The position numbers were made by a program, and so were the translations under genes. A stretch of DNA of 64,000 nt from an uncultured Candidatus Saccharibacteria bacterium. GTDB lineage: Bacteria > Patescibacteriota > Minisyncoccia > UBA6257 > 1-14-0-10-40-38. Under the pieces are notes generated by a model. The model was not told the origin of the DNA, ran no database searches, and saw only the letters and a list, made by a program, of their open reading frames with translations. This document shows positions 9,007 through 17,669 of this stretch, piece after piece (positions within the stretch are counted from its first letter, which is position 1; the number at the start of each line of letters is the position of its first letter). The stretch lies in the NCBI GenBank assembly GCA_964543265.1, contig CAZIWN010000001.1:168644-232643 (forward strand), read 5' to 3'.

Positions 9007-9111
9007 ATGAATCTCTTCGGCAAGTCTCGTTTCGACCTGGTCGCCTCCATCTGCTCCGACTGCGTCAAGGGCGACCACTGCGGCGGTTGCAACTGCTGCA
9101 AGCATCGCTGA
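9007..9111 (+). CDS. 34-aa cysteine-rich peptide (MNLFGKSRFDLVASICSDCVKGDHCGGCNCCKHR), GC-rich minicassette F immediately downstream of lexA
   Basis: Upstream promoter with TTGACA at 8865-8870; a 17-aa leader-like uORF (8898-8951) lies between promoter and this ORF; RBS-like AAAGAAAGG; 7 Cys in 34 residues; terminator hairpin UAGCCAACUU..AAGUUGGCUA at 9118-9150; below the ORF-track length cutoff. Confidence 0.4.
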   Translation: MNLFGKSRFDLVASICSDCVKGDHCGGCNCCKHR

Positions 9112-9164
9112 GATCAAATAGCCAACTTTCATTAGCAGTGGAAGTTGGCTACAATTTTATTAAA

Positions 9165-9608
9165 ATGAAAAACAAAATAGATAAAAAAATAAAACCTACC
9201 GTTTTTATTCTGAATAAGTTAGACATAAAAACTACTGGCTCTTGCGAAGGGCATATTTCTTATGGTTCGCCTTGTCCATGGATAAAAATTTCAGAATCAA
9301 TTGATAATAATTTAAAAAAAGAAACGATTAAATTAATAAAAGAATTTTATAAAAATAAAAAAATAAATAAGAATATAAATCTAAAATTAAAGGATGGAAA
9401 ATCCGGATTTTGGCTTTATACTGGCCCTAAAAAAGATTTTGAAAATTGGCGAAAATTAGTTGATAAAACCGCAAAAACTATTTCCAAAGGTAAAACTCCG
9501 GAAAAATATATGATATCTGAAAAGGAAAAGGGATTTAGAAAAATTAATTTATTAAAATATCAGCAAGAAATAAAAGAATTTACAAAATTTTTAAAGACTA
9601 AAATCTAG
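9165..9608 (+). CDS. Hypothetical Lys-rich protein (track ORF 9087 has an upstream extension; probable start MKNKIDKK)
   Basis: AT-rich host-type codons begin at 9165; the upstream part of the track ORF is GC-rich terminator sequence of cassette F. Confidence 0.4.
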   Translation: MKNKIDKKIKPTVFILNKLDIKTTGSCEGHISYGSPCPWIKISESIDNNLKKETIKLIKEFYKNKKINKNINLKLKDGKSGFWLYTGPKKDFENWRKLVDKTAKTISKGKTPEKYMISEKEKGFRKINLLKYQQEIKEFTKFLKTKI

Positions 9609-9610
9609 TA

Positions 9611-11095
9611 TTATTTCTCTAAGTCTAAGACCTCATCAATTCTTATTTGATGCACGAATTCTTTAACGTGGCTAACTAAAACCATCGCTCCAGTAAATTG
9701 GCTCAATGCTTCGGCTATAACTGGGATATGCCTAAAGTTAATATGATTTGTCGGCTCATCCAAGATTAAAAGCCCAGGTTTTTGCAAAACCAACTGCGCA
9801 AAAGCAACTAATCCTTTTTGTCCTTCAGATAAATGTCCAACTTTTAATTTCATCATATCTCCGGTAATCAAAAATCCTGCCGCCACAGATCTCATCTGGT
9901 GATCATCTTTTATTTCCATCACCGAAATTAAAGTGTTATAAACCGTATCTTCAAAATTAAGCGTAGAAAAATCTTGCCTATAATAACCAACTTTAATTCC
10001 CGGCAATATTGTCGCTCCTTTAGCCGTCCCATTGGCGATAGATTCTAATAAGGTACTCTTTCCAATTCCATTTGGGCCTTGCAAGAGTAAATGCTGGCCT
10101 CTTTTTAGATATATCTCTGCTTTTTTAGTGACCGGCTTGTGGTCGTGAATGATCTTAAAAGAAGTAATCGTTAAAATTTTACCCACAATATCTTCCTGTG
10201 AAGGAATAATAAATTTCCTAATAGTTTTATCTTCTTGTCTGGTATCAACCTTTTCCTCTTCCATTTCTTCCACGGCATCTCTCATTCTTTTAGCCACCAA
10301 TCTCATCTTTCCCCCTTTATGAGCGAAGAAATTTGCCTTATCTTTATTTTCTTGGATTTCTTTTTCTAATTGGGCATTTTTTCTATTTTCTTTTTCAATT
10401 CTAGCAGCAATATCTTTAACCACATTAAAATAGTTTCCAGCATACTGCTCGATTTTCTTAGTAAACACATCTAAATATAAAACTCCATCTGAAAATGCAT
10501 TTAAAAAATCGGCATCGTGCGAAATTACCACGCAAGTCTTTTTATAATCAATCAAAAACTTAGTTAAATGCTCAATTCCCGCCTTATCAAGGTTATTTGT
10601 AGGCTCATCAAGTAATAATAAATCAGGATCTTGGATTAAAGCAGAAGCTAAAAGCAATCTTGCCTGTTGTCCGCCAGAAAAAGATTTAACAATCCTATCG
10701 TGTGGCGCTTTTAAATTAACAACCTCCAAAACCGCATCAATTCTTGGATCAAGGTCATAAATTTTATCTTTACCCCCAGCAATTTTTTTATAAGTGCTTT
10801 TAGAAAAAGATTTTTCAAAAAACTCTCTCACCGTCAAATCCATTTGATCTCTTGGAATAACTTGTCTAGCGGTCGCAATAGTGAGCCCATTATCCATACT
10901 TATTCTTCCCGTCTCTGTTGTAAATTCTCCGGTAATAAGTTTAAAGATTGTGCTCTTTCCGGCTCCATTTTGTCCCATTAAAGTCACCTTCATACCTTTT
11001 CTTAAACTAAAACTCACCTCATTTAAAATGGGTTTATTTGGGCCATATTCAAAACTAACTTCATCAAATCTTAAGATTACTTGGTCGTTTGCCAT
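9611..11095 (-). CDS. ABC-F family ATPase (tandem ABC domains, EttA/Uup-like translation factor)
   Basis: Two Walker A motifs (GQNGAGKST, GPNGIGKST) and two signature motifs (FSGGQQ, LSEGQK); the track N-terminal 28 aa (to 11179) read through a terminator hairpin; probable start MANDQVILRF at 11095. Confidence 0.85.
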   Translation of the reverse strand: MANDQVILRFDEVSFEYGPNKPILNEVSFSLRKGMKVTLMGQNGAGKSTIFKLITGEFTTETGRISMDNGLTIATARQVIPRDQMDLTVREFFEKSFSKSTYKKIAGGKDKIYDLDPRIDAVLEVVNLKAPHDRIVKSFSGGQQARLLLASALIQDPDLLLLDEPTNNLDKAGIEHLTKFLIDYKKTCVVISHDADFLNAFSDGVLYLDVFTKKIEQYAGNYFNVVKDIAARIEKENRKNAQLEKEIQENKDKANFFAHKGGKMRLVAKRMRDAVEEMEEEKVDTRQEDKTIRKFIIPSQEDIVGKILTITSFKIIHDHKPVTKKAEIYLKRGQHLLLQGPNGIGKSTLLESIANGTAKGATILPGIKVGYYRQDFSTLNFEDTVYNTLISVMEIKDDHQMRSVAAGFLITGDMMKLKVGHLSEGQKGLVAFAQLVLQKPGLLILDEPTNHINFRHIPVIAEALSQFTGAMVLVSHVKEFVHQIRIDEVLDLEK

Positions 11096-11119
11096 GTCGG
11101 GATATAATATAACATTTTT

Positions 11120-11175
11120 ATATAAAAGAAAATGGCCCGAGGAGTTGCTACCGTAGTAGCAGCCCCCAGGGCCAT
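11120..11175 (-). terminator. Compound intrinsic terminator of the GC-rich 154-aa gene
   Basis: Minus-strand AUGGCCC...GGGCCAU stem with inner GCUGCUAC..GUAGCAAC, followed by UUUUCUUUU. Confidence 0.5.
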
Positions 11176-11196
11176 TCATTGTTCTGCGGTTGTAGT

Positions 11197-11661
11197 TCAG
11201 GCGACCGCGAGCGCCTTGGCGAGAGCTGCACCGAGCGACCCACGGTGGATGCGATCCACCGAAGCCACGGCGGCCCTCAAATCACCGACCGGCATGTCCG
11301 GCCTGGAGACGATCTGCGCCCTGCGAACCGGCGCGACCACCTTCGGACGTTTGGGCTGCGCGACAGGGGCCGCCTTCAGGATCCGAAGCGGGCTCACCAC
11401 GAGGATGAAAACCCTCTTCATCACGTAGGCACCGATGATGTTGAGGCTCTGCACCTCCCACATCTCGCCCGCCTTCGGCTGGTAGGTGGCACCACGGTCG
11501 ATGACGACCTCGGCGACCCATCCGTCGGAGAGGTCCTCGAGTCGGCCCTTCAGCTGCGGCCCGCCCAGCGTGGTGTTGGTCCCGACGAAGAACGTGACCG
11601 CGAACCGCGGCGGCGTGATGTTCCGAATCGCCCGGTCGAGACGCGCATCGAGAAACGCCAT
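11197..11661 (-). CDS. GC-rich minicassette G: 154-aa hypothetical protein with Ala/Pro/Arg-rich C-terminus
   Basis: Minus-strand TTGACA-18-TATAAT promoter (plus 11736-11765), RBS GAGAGGG, own terminator; antisense ORFs in this island look like low-complexity junk. Confidence 0.4.
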   Translation of the reverse strand: MAFLDARLDRAIRNITPPRFAVTFFVGTNTTLGGPQLKGRLEDLSDGWVAEVVIDRGATYQPKAGEMWEVQSLNIIGAYVMKRVFILVVSPLRILKAAPVAQPKRPKVVAPVRRAQIVSRPDMPVGDLRAAVASVDRIHRGSLGAALAKALAVA

Positions 11662-11871
11662 CGGTATACCCTCTCGAAATCCTTCATTCCCTCAAGCGCC
11701 ATCTTGCGACAGCAGAAACTCAAGGTACTTCCTATATTATATCATAATATATCTATATTTGTCAATAGATATACAAATAACCCTTAATTTTAATGATTTT
11801 ATCAACTATTGACTTATATATTAATTATTGCTATAATTAGGAACAGAACAAGGTCAAAAAAGGAGAACGTC

Positions 11872-12090
11872 ATGATTCACTGGTTCCAGGTCTGCGACGT
11901 CGTGGAGGCACTTCTAGACATCACCACTCCCGGTTTTGGCAACGAAGGCACCACGATTTTCAAGGGAACACGGGGAATCGTGGAAAAAATTCTCCGTTCA
12001 GAAGGCAACCTCAGGGTTTCCTGGGAGTTGGGATCAAGTCAGACCATCAGCTTCGTCGTTGCTGAAGCTGGGGTCAAAGCAATCGGCTAG
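11872..12090 (+). CDS. GC-rich minicassette H: 73-aa hypothetical protein, divergent from G
   Basis: TTGACT (11809-11814)-17-TATAAT (11832-11837), RBS AAAGGAGAA, ATG 11872; compound terminator AGCGCCGC..GCGGCGCU + U-rich at 12094-12160. Confidence 0.45.
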   Translation: MIHWFQVCDVVEALLDITTPGFGNEGTTIFKGTRGIVEKILRSEGNLRVSWELGSSQTISFVVAEAGVKAIG

Positions 12091-12152
12091 TAAGAGACTA
12101 GCCGCCGCCAATAAGCGCCGCAAGTTCGAGCATATCGAACAAGCGGCGCTTT

Positions 12153-15100
12153 CTATTTCAATAAACTCTCTTCAAACGCCTTTATTCCGTTTATATCTTT
12201 CGAAAATTCAGATATATCTGGAAAATCCAGATTTTTTATTCTTTTATATATAACTTCTATCAATTTTCTCATTCTCTCAACCTCTTTATTTTCAATTTTC
12301 AATTCCAAATCAATTATTTTCCCTTTTTCTGGTTCTATAAATTCAATAATCCCTTTATTCATAAAATATTTACCGCCAAAGTCTTGGGAATTTTCAACTA
12401 ATAATTTATAAAATATAAGCTGATTCCTATATTTCCAAGCTTTAATTTTGTCGTATTTATCTTTTGGCTCCCAATCTTCTATATTTTTTCCAGTCTTAAA
12501 ATCAGTCACCACAATCTCAAAATTAATTAATCTCATTTTATCAATCTTCCCAGTTAGATGTGCTTCTCCTAAAACCACTCCCTGATTTTTAAAATTAAAT
12601 TCGATTTTATCTTGCGACAAGAAATCAGATTTTTTATTTTCATAAAACACAGCTAAAGATTTCTTACCCCTGCCAAGCATTAAATTAAAATCTTTCTCGT
12701 TTAATCTTTCATTTATTAATAACCTTTCAAATCTTAATAAAATTTCTTCTATATCTGGTAAAGATTCTTTATTTTTTAAATAATGATAAATAAATTGAAT
12801 TGTTCCATGGATTGCCGAGCCATAAGCCCCAGAAGGAGTTTTCGGTTCCGGAAACATTAATAAATTCTTTTCCAAAAAAGCTAATGGCCCCGCATCTGCC
12901 ACGTTTAAAAAGTTTTGAAAATGAGTCACGCTTAATTGATATTTTTCCAACATTTTATCAAGTAAAGCTTTTTCATTTTCAACTATTGGTTTAGCAAAAT
13001 TAACACTCCAATTATTAATAGCTAATTGCTCCGCGCTTTCTTTAAAATCATTAACGCTTATTTCTTTTTCCTCAATTAAGCTCTTTTCTCCAATTTCTGG
13101 ATGTAAGAATTCCAGTTTCACACTATCTTTTCCTCTGGAATCTTTTTTGTAATAAGTTAAATATAATTTTTTCTTTGTTCTAGTTATTGCTGTATAAAAC
13201 AATCTCAACTTATCATCTTGCGTATCTCCGGCAGGATTAATACTAAGATTCATAGGCATCGGTATATCTCGACTACTCCTTCCACTATTCCAAACATCTT
13301 CTTGGCAATTAATCACAAAAACCGCTTCAAACTCCAATCCTTTTGCTTTGTGTGCCGTTAATAATTGAACCGCTTCATTAGAATTAGAAAAAGCGCTTAT
13401 ATTATTAATTGGAATATTGTTTTTAATATGTAGGTCAAAAAACTCCAGCATATCTTTAACTTTCAATGGTTTTCCACGGTGATACTCTCTTAAACTTCCA
13501 AAAAAAGATTGCAAAGATGATAAGAATTTCAAATAATCAGCTCTTTTCTCTTTAAAAACAGATTCTCCAAAATAATAAGATTTAAAACCGGTATTAAATA
13601 TAGCCCTTGCCTCGCCAGAGCTGTAGGTAGAAGGCGGGTCATCATTATCTTCATCTGGCAAAACCAAATCAGTTGAACCTATAAGCTCATGAAGTATTTC
13701 TTCTGCGGTTTTATAATTTATTTTTCCGCTTAAATCTATAAAGAAGTTAGCTATTTCGCTAAATTTTCCTCCCATTTCCCTCATTATCGCTAACCACGGC
13801 TTATGTTCTGCCCTAGCTTTAATAGAAATATCCCAAATATTAACCCTATCTATTCCCCAAAACGGATAACTTAATATTTCCGGCAACAAATCATCCGCCT
13901 CTTCTTCTTTTCGCATTATAGAATTGGCAAATCTCGCCATAGTTACAAGTTGAACAATATGGGGTTCATTTAAAACATTTTGTTCTCTCTCATAAGAAAC
14001 TGGTATTTTTTTATTATGAAAATGTAAAACTAATTGCTCCAAATCTTTATGTTCGCGGGCAATAATCGCAATTTCATTTTTTGTAGTGCCGGATTTTATC
14101 AATCTTTCAACCTCCTCAGCAATCCAAAAATATTCAGCTTCTCTATTAATAAATTCCAAACCTAAAATCCCAGAATCATCTTTTTTATTATTCTCTGCAA
14201 TTAATTCTTTTTTTAAATCAGTAATTACATTTTCTAATCTATTCTTTCCTTTTTTAATAACTCCTAGCGCCACATTTAAAATTTCTTGCGTTGATCTATA
14301 GTTTTTCTTTAAGGCAATTAAATTTACGTCTTTATACTTCTTTTTAAAATCAAAAATATTAGATATTTCTGCCCCCTGAAATCTATAGATCGCCTGATCA
14401 TCGTCTCCAACAACCATTATATTTGGCCTACCTTCATTTACATCATTATCAGTCAATAAATGAAGTATTTTCATCTGGGCATCATTAGTGTCCTGAAATT
14501 CATCCACTAATATATATTGATATCTTTCCTGCAGATCTAATTTTACGCCGATGTTGTTCTGGAGCATTGTAATCGTGTCCAAAATCATATCGTTGTAGTC
14601 GTAATAATTATTTTTTTTCATACTACCCAAATAATCCTCATATATTTGAGCTAAAGCATTCATTTTTTCCAGATTAACAAAATCTTCCAGATGAGTTTTT
14701 TTGTCATCTCCCTTAACGGTCCAATCTTTTTTCCATTCGGTTATATATGTAGTGGATTTATCTTCTTCTGATTTCTGCAACGCCACTGAAAGCGAGTTAA
14801 CTAAAACATTATTATATTCTCCAGTATTTTTATTCTGAATATTCTTTATTAATTCATAAATACCAGGAAACATTTTTTTTGAAACCCTATCATTAAAAAC
14901 CTCGCCGATTAATTTATCAGAAAACTCTATCTCTTTTTTATTTTTCTCCAGTATTTTTTTAAATTCAGCAGGCGAAATTCCCGCTTTTTTTAGATTCTCA
15001 ATCGCTTTTTTGGTTTTATATAAATAAGTAAATTGCTCCTCGTGCTTTGATGCTAGTGGATTTCTATAATCTAAAGATTTAAAAACATCTTCTAAAATTT

Positions 15101-15464
15101 CTATTTGAGTCACATCATCCGCAGGAGAAAAAACAGCCCCATTATAAAATTTATCAGCATAGCGGCCGATTATTTCTGTGCCAAAACTATGAAATGTATA
15201 AATTCCAACCTTGTATGCTTCATTTCCAATCAGTCCAATTAAACGTTTGCGCATATTAAAAGCACCAGATTCAGTAAAAGTTAAGCAAAGAATATTTCCA
15301 GGCCCCGCATCTGTCTTTGATAAAATATTGGCCACCCTCAAACTTAAAAGCTCGGTCTTGCCCGATCCTGGACCAGCAATCACCATCACCGGCCCCTCAA
15401 TCGCCTCAACCGCTCTTCTTTGCTCCTCATTAAGCTTATTTAATCTTTCTTGGAAATTATTCAT
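12153..15464 (-). CDS. AddA-like ATP-dependent helicase-nuclease (UvrD/PcrA SF1 helicase plus C-terminal RecB-type PD-(D/E)XK nuclease)
   Basis: Walker A AGPGSGKT and UvrD-family motifs; C-terminal GSAIHGTIQ, GKIDKM, VVTDFKTGK and RNQLIFY (QxxxY) nuclease motifs. Confidence 0.8.
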   Translation of the reverse strand: MNNFQERLNKLNEEQRRAVEAIEGPVMVIAGPGSGKTELLSLRVANILSKTDAGPGNILCLTFTESGAFNMRKRLIGLIGNEAYKVGIYTFHSFGTEIIGRYADKFYNGAVFSPADDVTQIEILEDVFKSLDYRNPLASKHEEQFTYLYKTKKAIENLKKAGISPAEFKKILEKNKKEIEFSDKLIGEVFNDRVSKKMFPGIYELIKNIQNKNTGEYNNVLVNSLSVALQKSEEDKSTTYITEWKKDWTVKGDDKKTHLEDFVNLEKMNALAQIYEDYLGSMKKNNYYDYNDMILDTITMLQNNIGVKLDLQERYQYILVDEFQDTNDAQMKILHLLTDNDVNEGRPNIMVVGDDDQAIYRFQGAEISNIFDFKKKYKDVNLIALKKNYRSTQEILNVALGVIKKGKNRLENVITDLKKELIAENNKKDDSGILGLEFINREAEYFWIAEEVERLIKSGTTKNEIAIIAREHKDLEQLVLHFHNKKIPVSYEREQNVLNEPHIVQLVTMARFANSIMRKEEEADDLLPEILSYPFWGIDRVNIWDISIKARAEHKPWLAIMREMGGKFSEIANFFIDLSGKINYKTAEEILHELIGSTDLVLPDEDNDDPPSTYSSGEARAIFNTGFKSYYFGESVFKEKRADYLKFLSSLQSFFGSLREYHRGKPLKVKDMLEFFDLHIKNNIPINNISAFSNSNEAVQLLTAHKAKGLEFEAVFVINCQEDVWNSGRSSRDIPMPMNLSINPAGDTQDDKLRLFYTAITRTKKKLYLTYYKKDSRGKDSVKLEFLHPEIGEKSLIEEKEISVNDFKESAEQLAINNWSVNFAKPIVENEKALLDKMLEKYQLSVTHFQNFLNVADAGPLAFLEKNLLMFPEPKTPSGAYGSAIHGTIQFIYHYLKNKESLPDIEEILLRFERLLINERLNEKDFNLMLGRGKKSLAVFYENKKSDFLSQDKIEFNFKNQGVVLGEAHLTGKIDKMRLINFEIVVTDFKTGKNIEDWEPKDKYDKIKAWKYRNQLIFYKLLVENSQDFGGKYFMNKGIIEFIEPEKGKIIDLELKIENKEVERMRKLIEVIYKRIKNLDFPDISEFSKDINGIKAFEESLLK

Positions 15465-16758
15465 TCTTATTTAAATTTAACGCGGCACTACTCCCCGACA
15501 CAAACCCAGTTGTCCAGCAGAGTTGCAAGCTATATCCTCCCGATGGGCGATCAATATTTAATACATCGCCAACCATATACAAATTATCAATCTTTTTCGA
15601 TTTCATAGTTTTAAAATCAACTTCCTCTAGCGCCACTCCGCCAGAAGAAACAACCGCCTTATCTTCTCCCAATAATCCACCGACCTCCATAGGTATCCCT
15701 TTTAAAAAATCGATCAACCTTATTCTATCTTCTCTTTTTACGCTATTATTTTTAATCTCTCCGTCAATTCCAGTTAATTCTAATACCATTTTAACCATCG
15801 AAGACGGAATGATTTTATCTAAGCTATTTTTTAGTTTTTTATTGCTATCAGTTTTAAAAAGCTCCTGTAATTTATTGTTCAACATCGAATAATCTAATTC
15901 TGGCAGTAAATCTAGCTTAATAATCACCTCTCCATATTTTAATAATTCTCCAATTTCCTTACTCATATTTAAAACTGTAGGCCCACTGACGCCAAAATGA
16001 GTAAAAAGTATTTTCCCTTTTACCGATTCTTGCTTCTGATTATTTTGAAAAGTTGTCAGTTTTATATTAGTTAAAGATATTCCCTGAATCTTCTTAATCC
16101 ATTTATCTTTTATAGATATTGGCACCAACGCCATATTAGTTGGCATAACTTTATGCCCAAGACTAGCCAACCAATGAAATCCATCGCCGGTAGAGCCAGT
16201 TTCCGGTCTAGAAATTCCGCCAGTGGCCAATATAAAAGCTTTTGCTTTAATAATTTCTCCACCCTTAACCTTCACGCCAGATATTCGATTATCTTTTTCG
16301 GTGATAAATTGTAAAACCGGAGAATTGCTTTTTACTACTACCTTATTCTTTTTTAAATATTCAACCAGTACATTCCACACAGATTTTGCACTATCGCTTT
16401 TTGGAAAAACTCTTCCCTCGGCCTCAACTTTTGTATCCATTCCACGATCATTAAAGAATTTTAGAGTATCTTTAACGGAAAACTGGGAAAAAGCAGAAAA
16501 TAAAAACTTATCATTTTCTTTATATTTCTTAAGAAATTTCCGCACATCCAACTCATTATTAGTTAAATTACACCTTCCTCCTCCAGTAATAAGCAATTTC
16601 TCTCCCAATCCTTCATTTTTCTCAATTAAAATAACAGATGCGCCAAGTTCTGCTGCACGTCCCGCCGCCATCATTCCCGATGGTCCGCCTCCAATCACCG
16701 CCACATCCCAAATTTTATTATTTAAACCCTGCTTCATTTGATTTATTAATCTTACCAT
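15457..16758 (-). CDS. HI0933/YhiN-family FAD-dependent flavoprotein
   Basis: DVAVIGGGPSGMMAAG Rossmann motif; RCNLTN and C-terminal blocks of the HI0933 family. Confidence 0.8.
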   Translation of the reverse strand: MVRLINQMKQGLNNKIWDVAVIGGGPSGMMAAGRAAELGASVILIEKNEGLGEKLLITGGGRCNLTNNELDVRKFLKKYKENDKFLFSAFSQFSVKDTLKFFNDRGMDTKVEAEGRVFPKSDSAKSVWNVLVEYLKKNKVVVKSNSPVLQFITEKDNRISGVKVKGGEIIKAKAFILATGGISRPETGSTGDGFHWLASLGHKVMPTNMALVPISIKDKWIKKIQGISLTNIKLTTFQNNQKQESVKGKILFTHFGVSGPTVLNMSKEIGELLKYGEVIIKLDLLPELDYSMLNNKLQELFKTDSNKKLKNSLDKIIPSSMVKMVLELTGIDGEIKNNSVKREDRIRLIDFLKGIPMEVGGLLGEDKAVVSSGGVALEEVDFKTMKSKKIDNLYMVGDVLNIDRPSGGYSLQLCWTTGFVSGSSAALNLNKNE

Positions 16759-16796
16759 TTTAAGATTGTATTTGTCTTAAATAAAACAAAATAAAC

Positions 16797-17462
16797 ATGA
16801 AAAATAAAATCTTTTTAACAATATCTGGTATTTTAGTGATTGGTGTAGGATTTTTCTTTTATCAAACTAGGCCATTAAGCGCACCGACGGCAAATGTAGA
16901 AGATGTCGTTTCCCGCTTAAATGAAAACGGAAAGCTTTTAAATATAGATTCTTCCAAATCACAAGCAGAATTTAGCCTTAATGAGGTTTTAAGGGGTGTT
17001 CCAACGTTGGTCGTGGGAACAACCAGTCAATTAGCTGGAGATATCGTTATAGAAAGCGAAAATCCTTTTAAAATTAAAATTGGAGAAATTAAAATCAACG
17101 CCAAAACATTTAAAACAGATAACACTCAAAGAAATGGAGCTCTCGGCAGAATGATTTTAAAGTCAGAAGATCCCGCCAACGAATTTATAGTTTTTACCCC
17201 TAAAGAAATATTAGAGCTCCCAGAACAGATAGAAAAAAATAAAGAATTTTCATTTAAAATAAACGGAGATCTTTTAATTAAGGGAGTAACTAAACCAGTA
17301 GTTTTTAACGCCAAAGCCACACAAAATGATGATGATTCTTGGACTGCAGTAGCAGATACTAATGTCGCTTATGCAGATTTTGGTATTTCCGTTCCAAATC
17401 TTCCATTTTTAGCCAACGTTGATAAGGTTGTAAACCTTAAAATCTCTCTATCTTTAAGGTAG
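16797..17462 (+). CDS. Secreted YceI-like domain protein
   Basis: Signal/TM N-terminus; YceI-like beta-barrel pattern; assignment from weak motif recall. Confidence 0.45.
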   Translation: MKNKIFLTISGILVIGVGFFFYQTRPLSAPTANVEDVVSRLNENGKLLNIDSSKSQAEFSLNEVLRGVPTLVVGTTSQLAGDIVIESENPFKIKIGEIKINAKTFKTDNTQRNGALGRMILKSEDPANEFIVFTPKEILELPEQIEKNKEFSFKINGDLLIKGVTKPVVFNAKATQNDDDSWTAVADTNVAYADFGISVPNLPFLANVDKVVNLKISLSLR

Positions 17463-17669
17463 TTAGTTGTATTTGACAAATTAATAGTTTTAATATAGTA
17501 TAAAAGAACTAACAAATCTCTTAGTTTTTAATTTTTAAGTGGTAAGTTGCTTATAAATAAAGCTTGATTACAAGCCAGATAAAACTCCAGGAGACCACTT
17601 AGTCGTTTTTATCGAAAAAACGGAAATTAAAAAATAACACTGCTCATTTATTGAAGCAGTAAAAAAGTT

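Noticed and set aside
11096-11179. N-terminal 28 aa of the track ABC-F ORF (MNGPGGCYYGSNSSGHFLLYKNVILYPD)
   Set aside because: It reads through the terminator hairpin of the upstream GC-rich gene. A conserved ABC-F N-terminus begins at Met 11095.
11132-11812. Plus-strand ORFs 11132-11428, 11179-11787, 11486-11812 and minus-strand ORF 11282-11521 in the GC-rich island
   Set aside because: Arg/Asp/Pro-rich low-complexity translations typical of antisense or off-frame reading of GC-rich DNA, with no promoter or RBS. The minus-strand 154-aa frame has hydrophobic-core-like segments and full expression signals.
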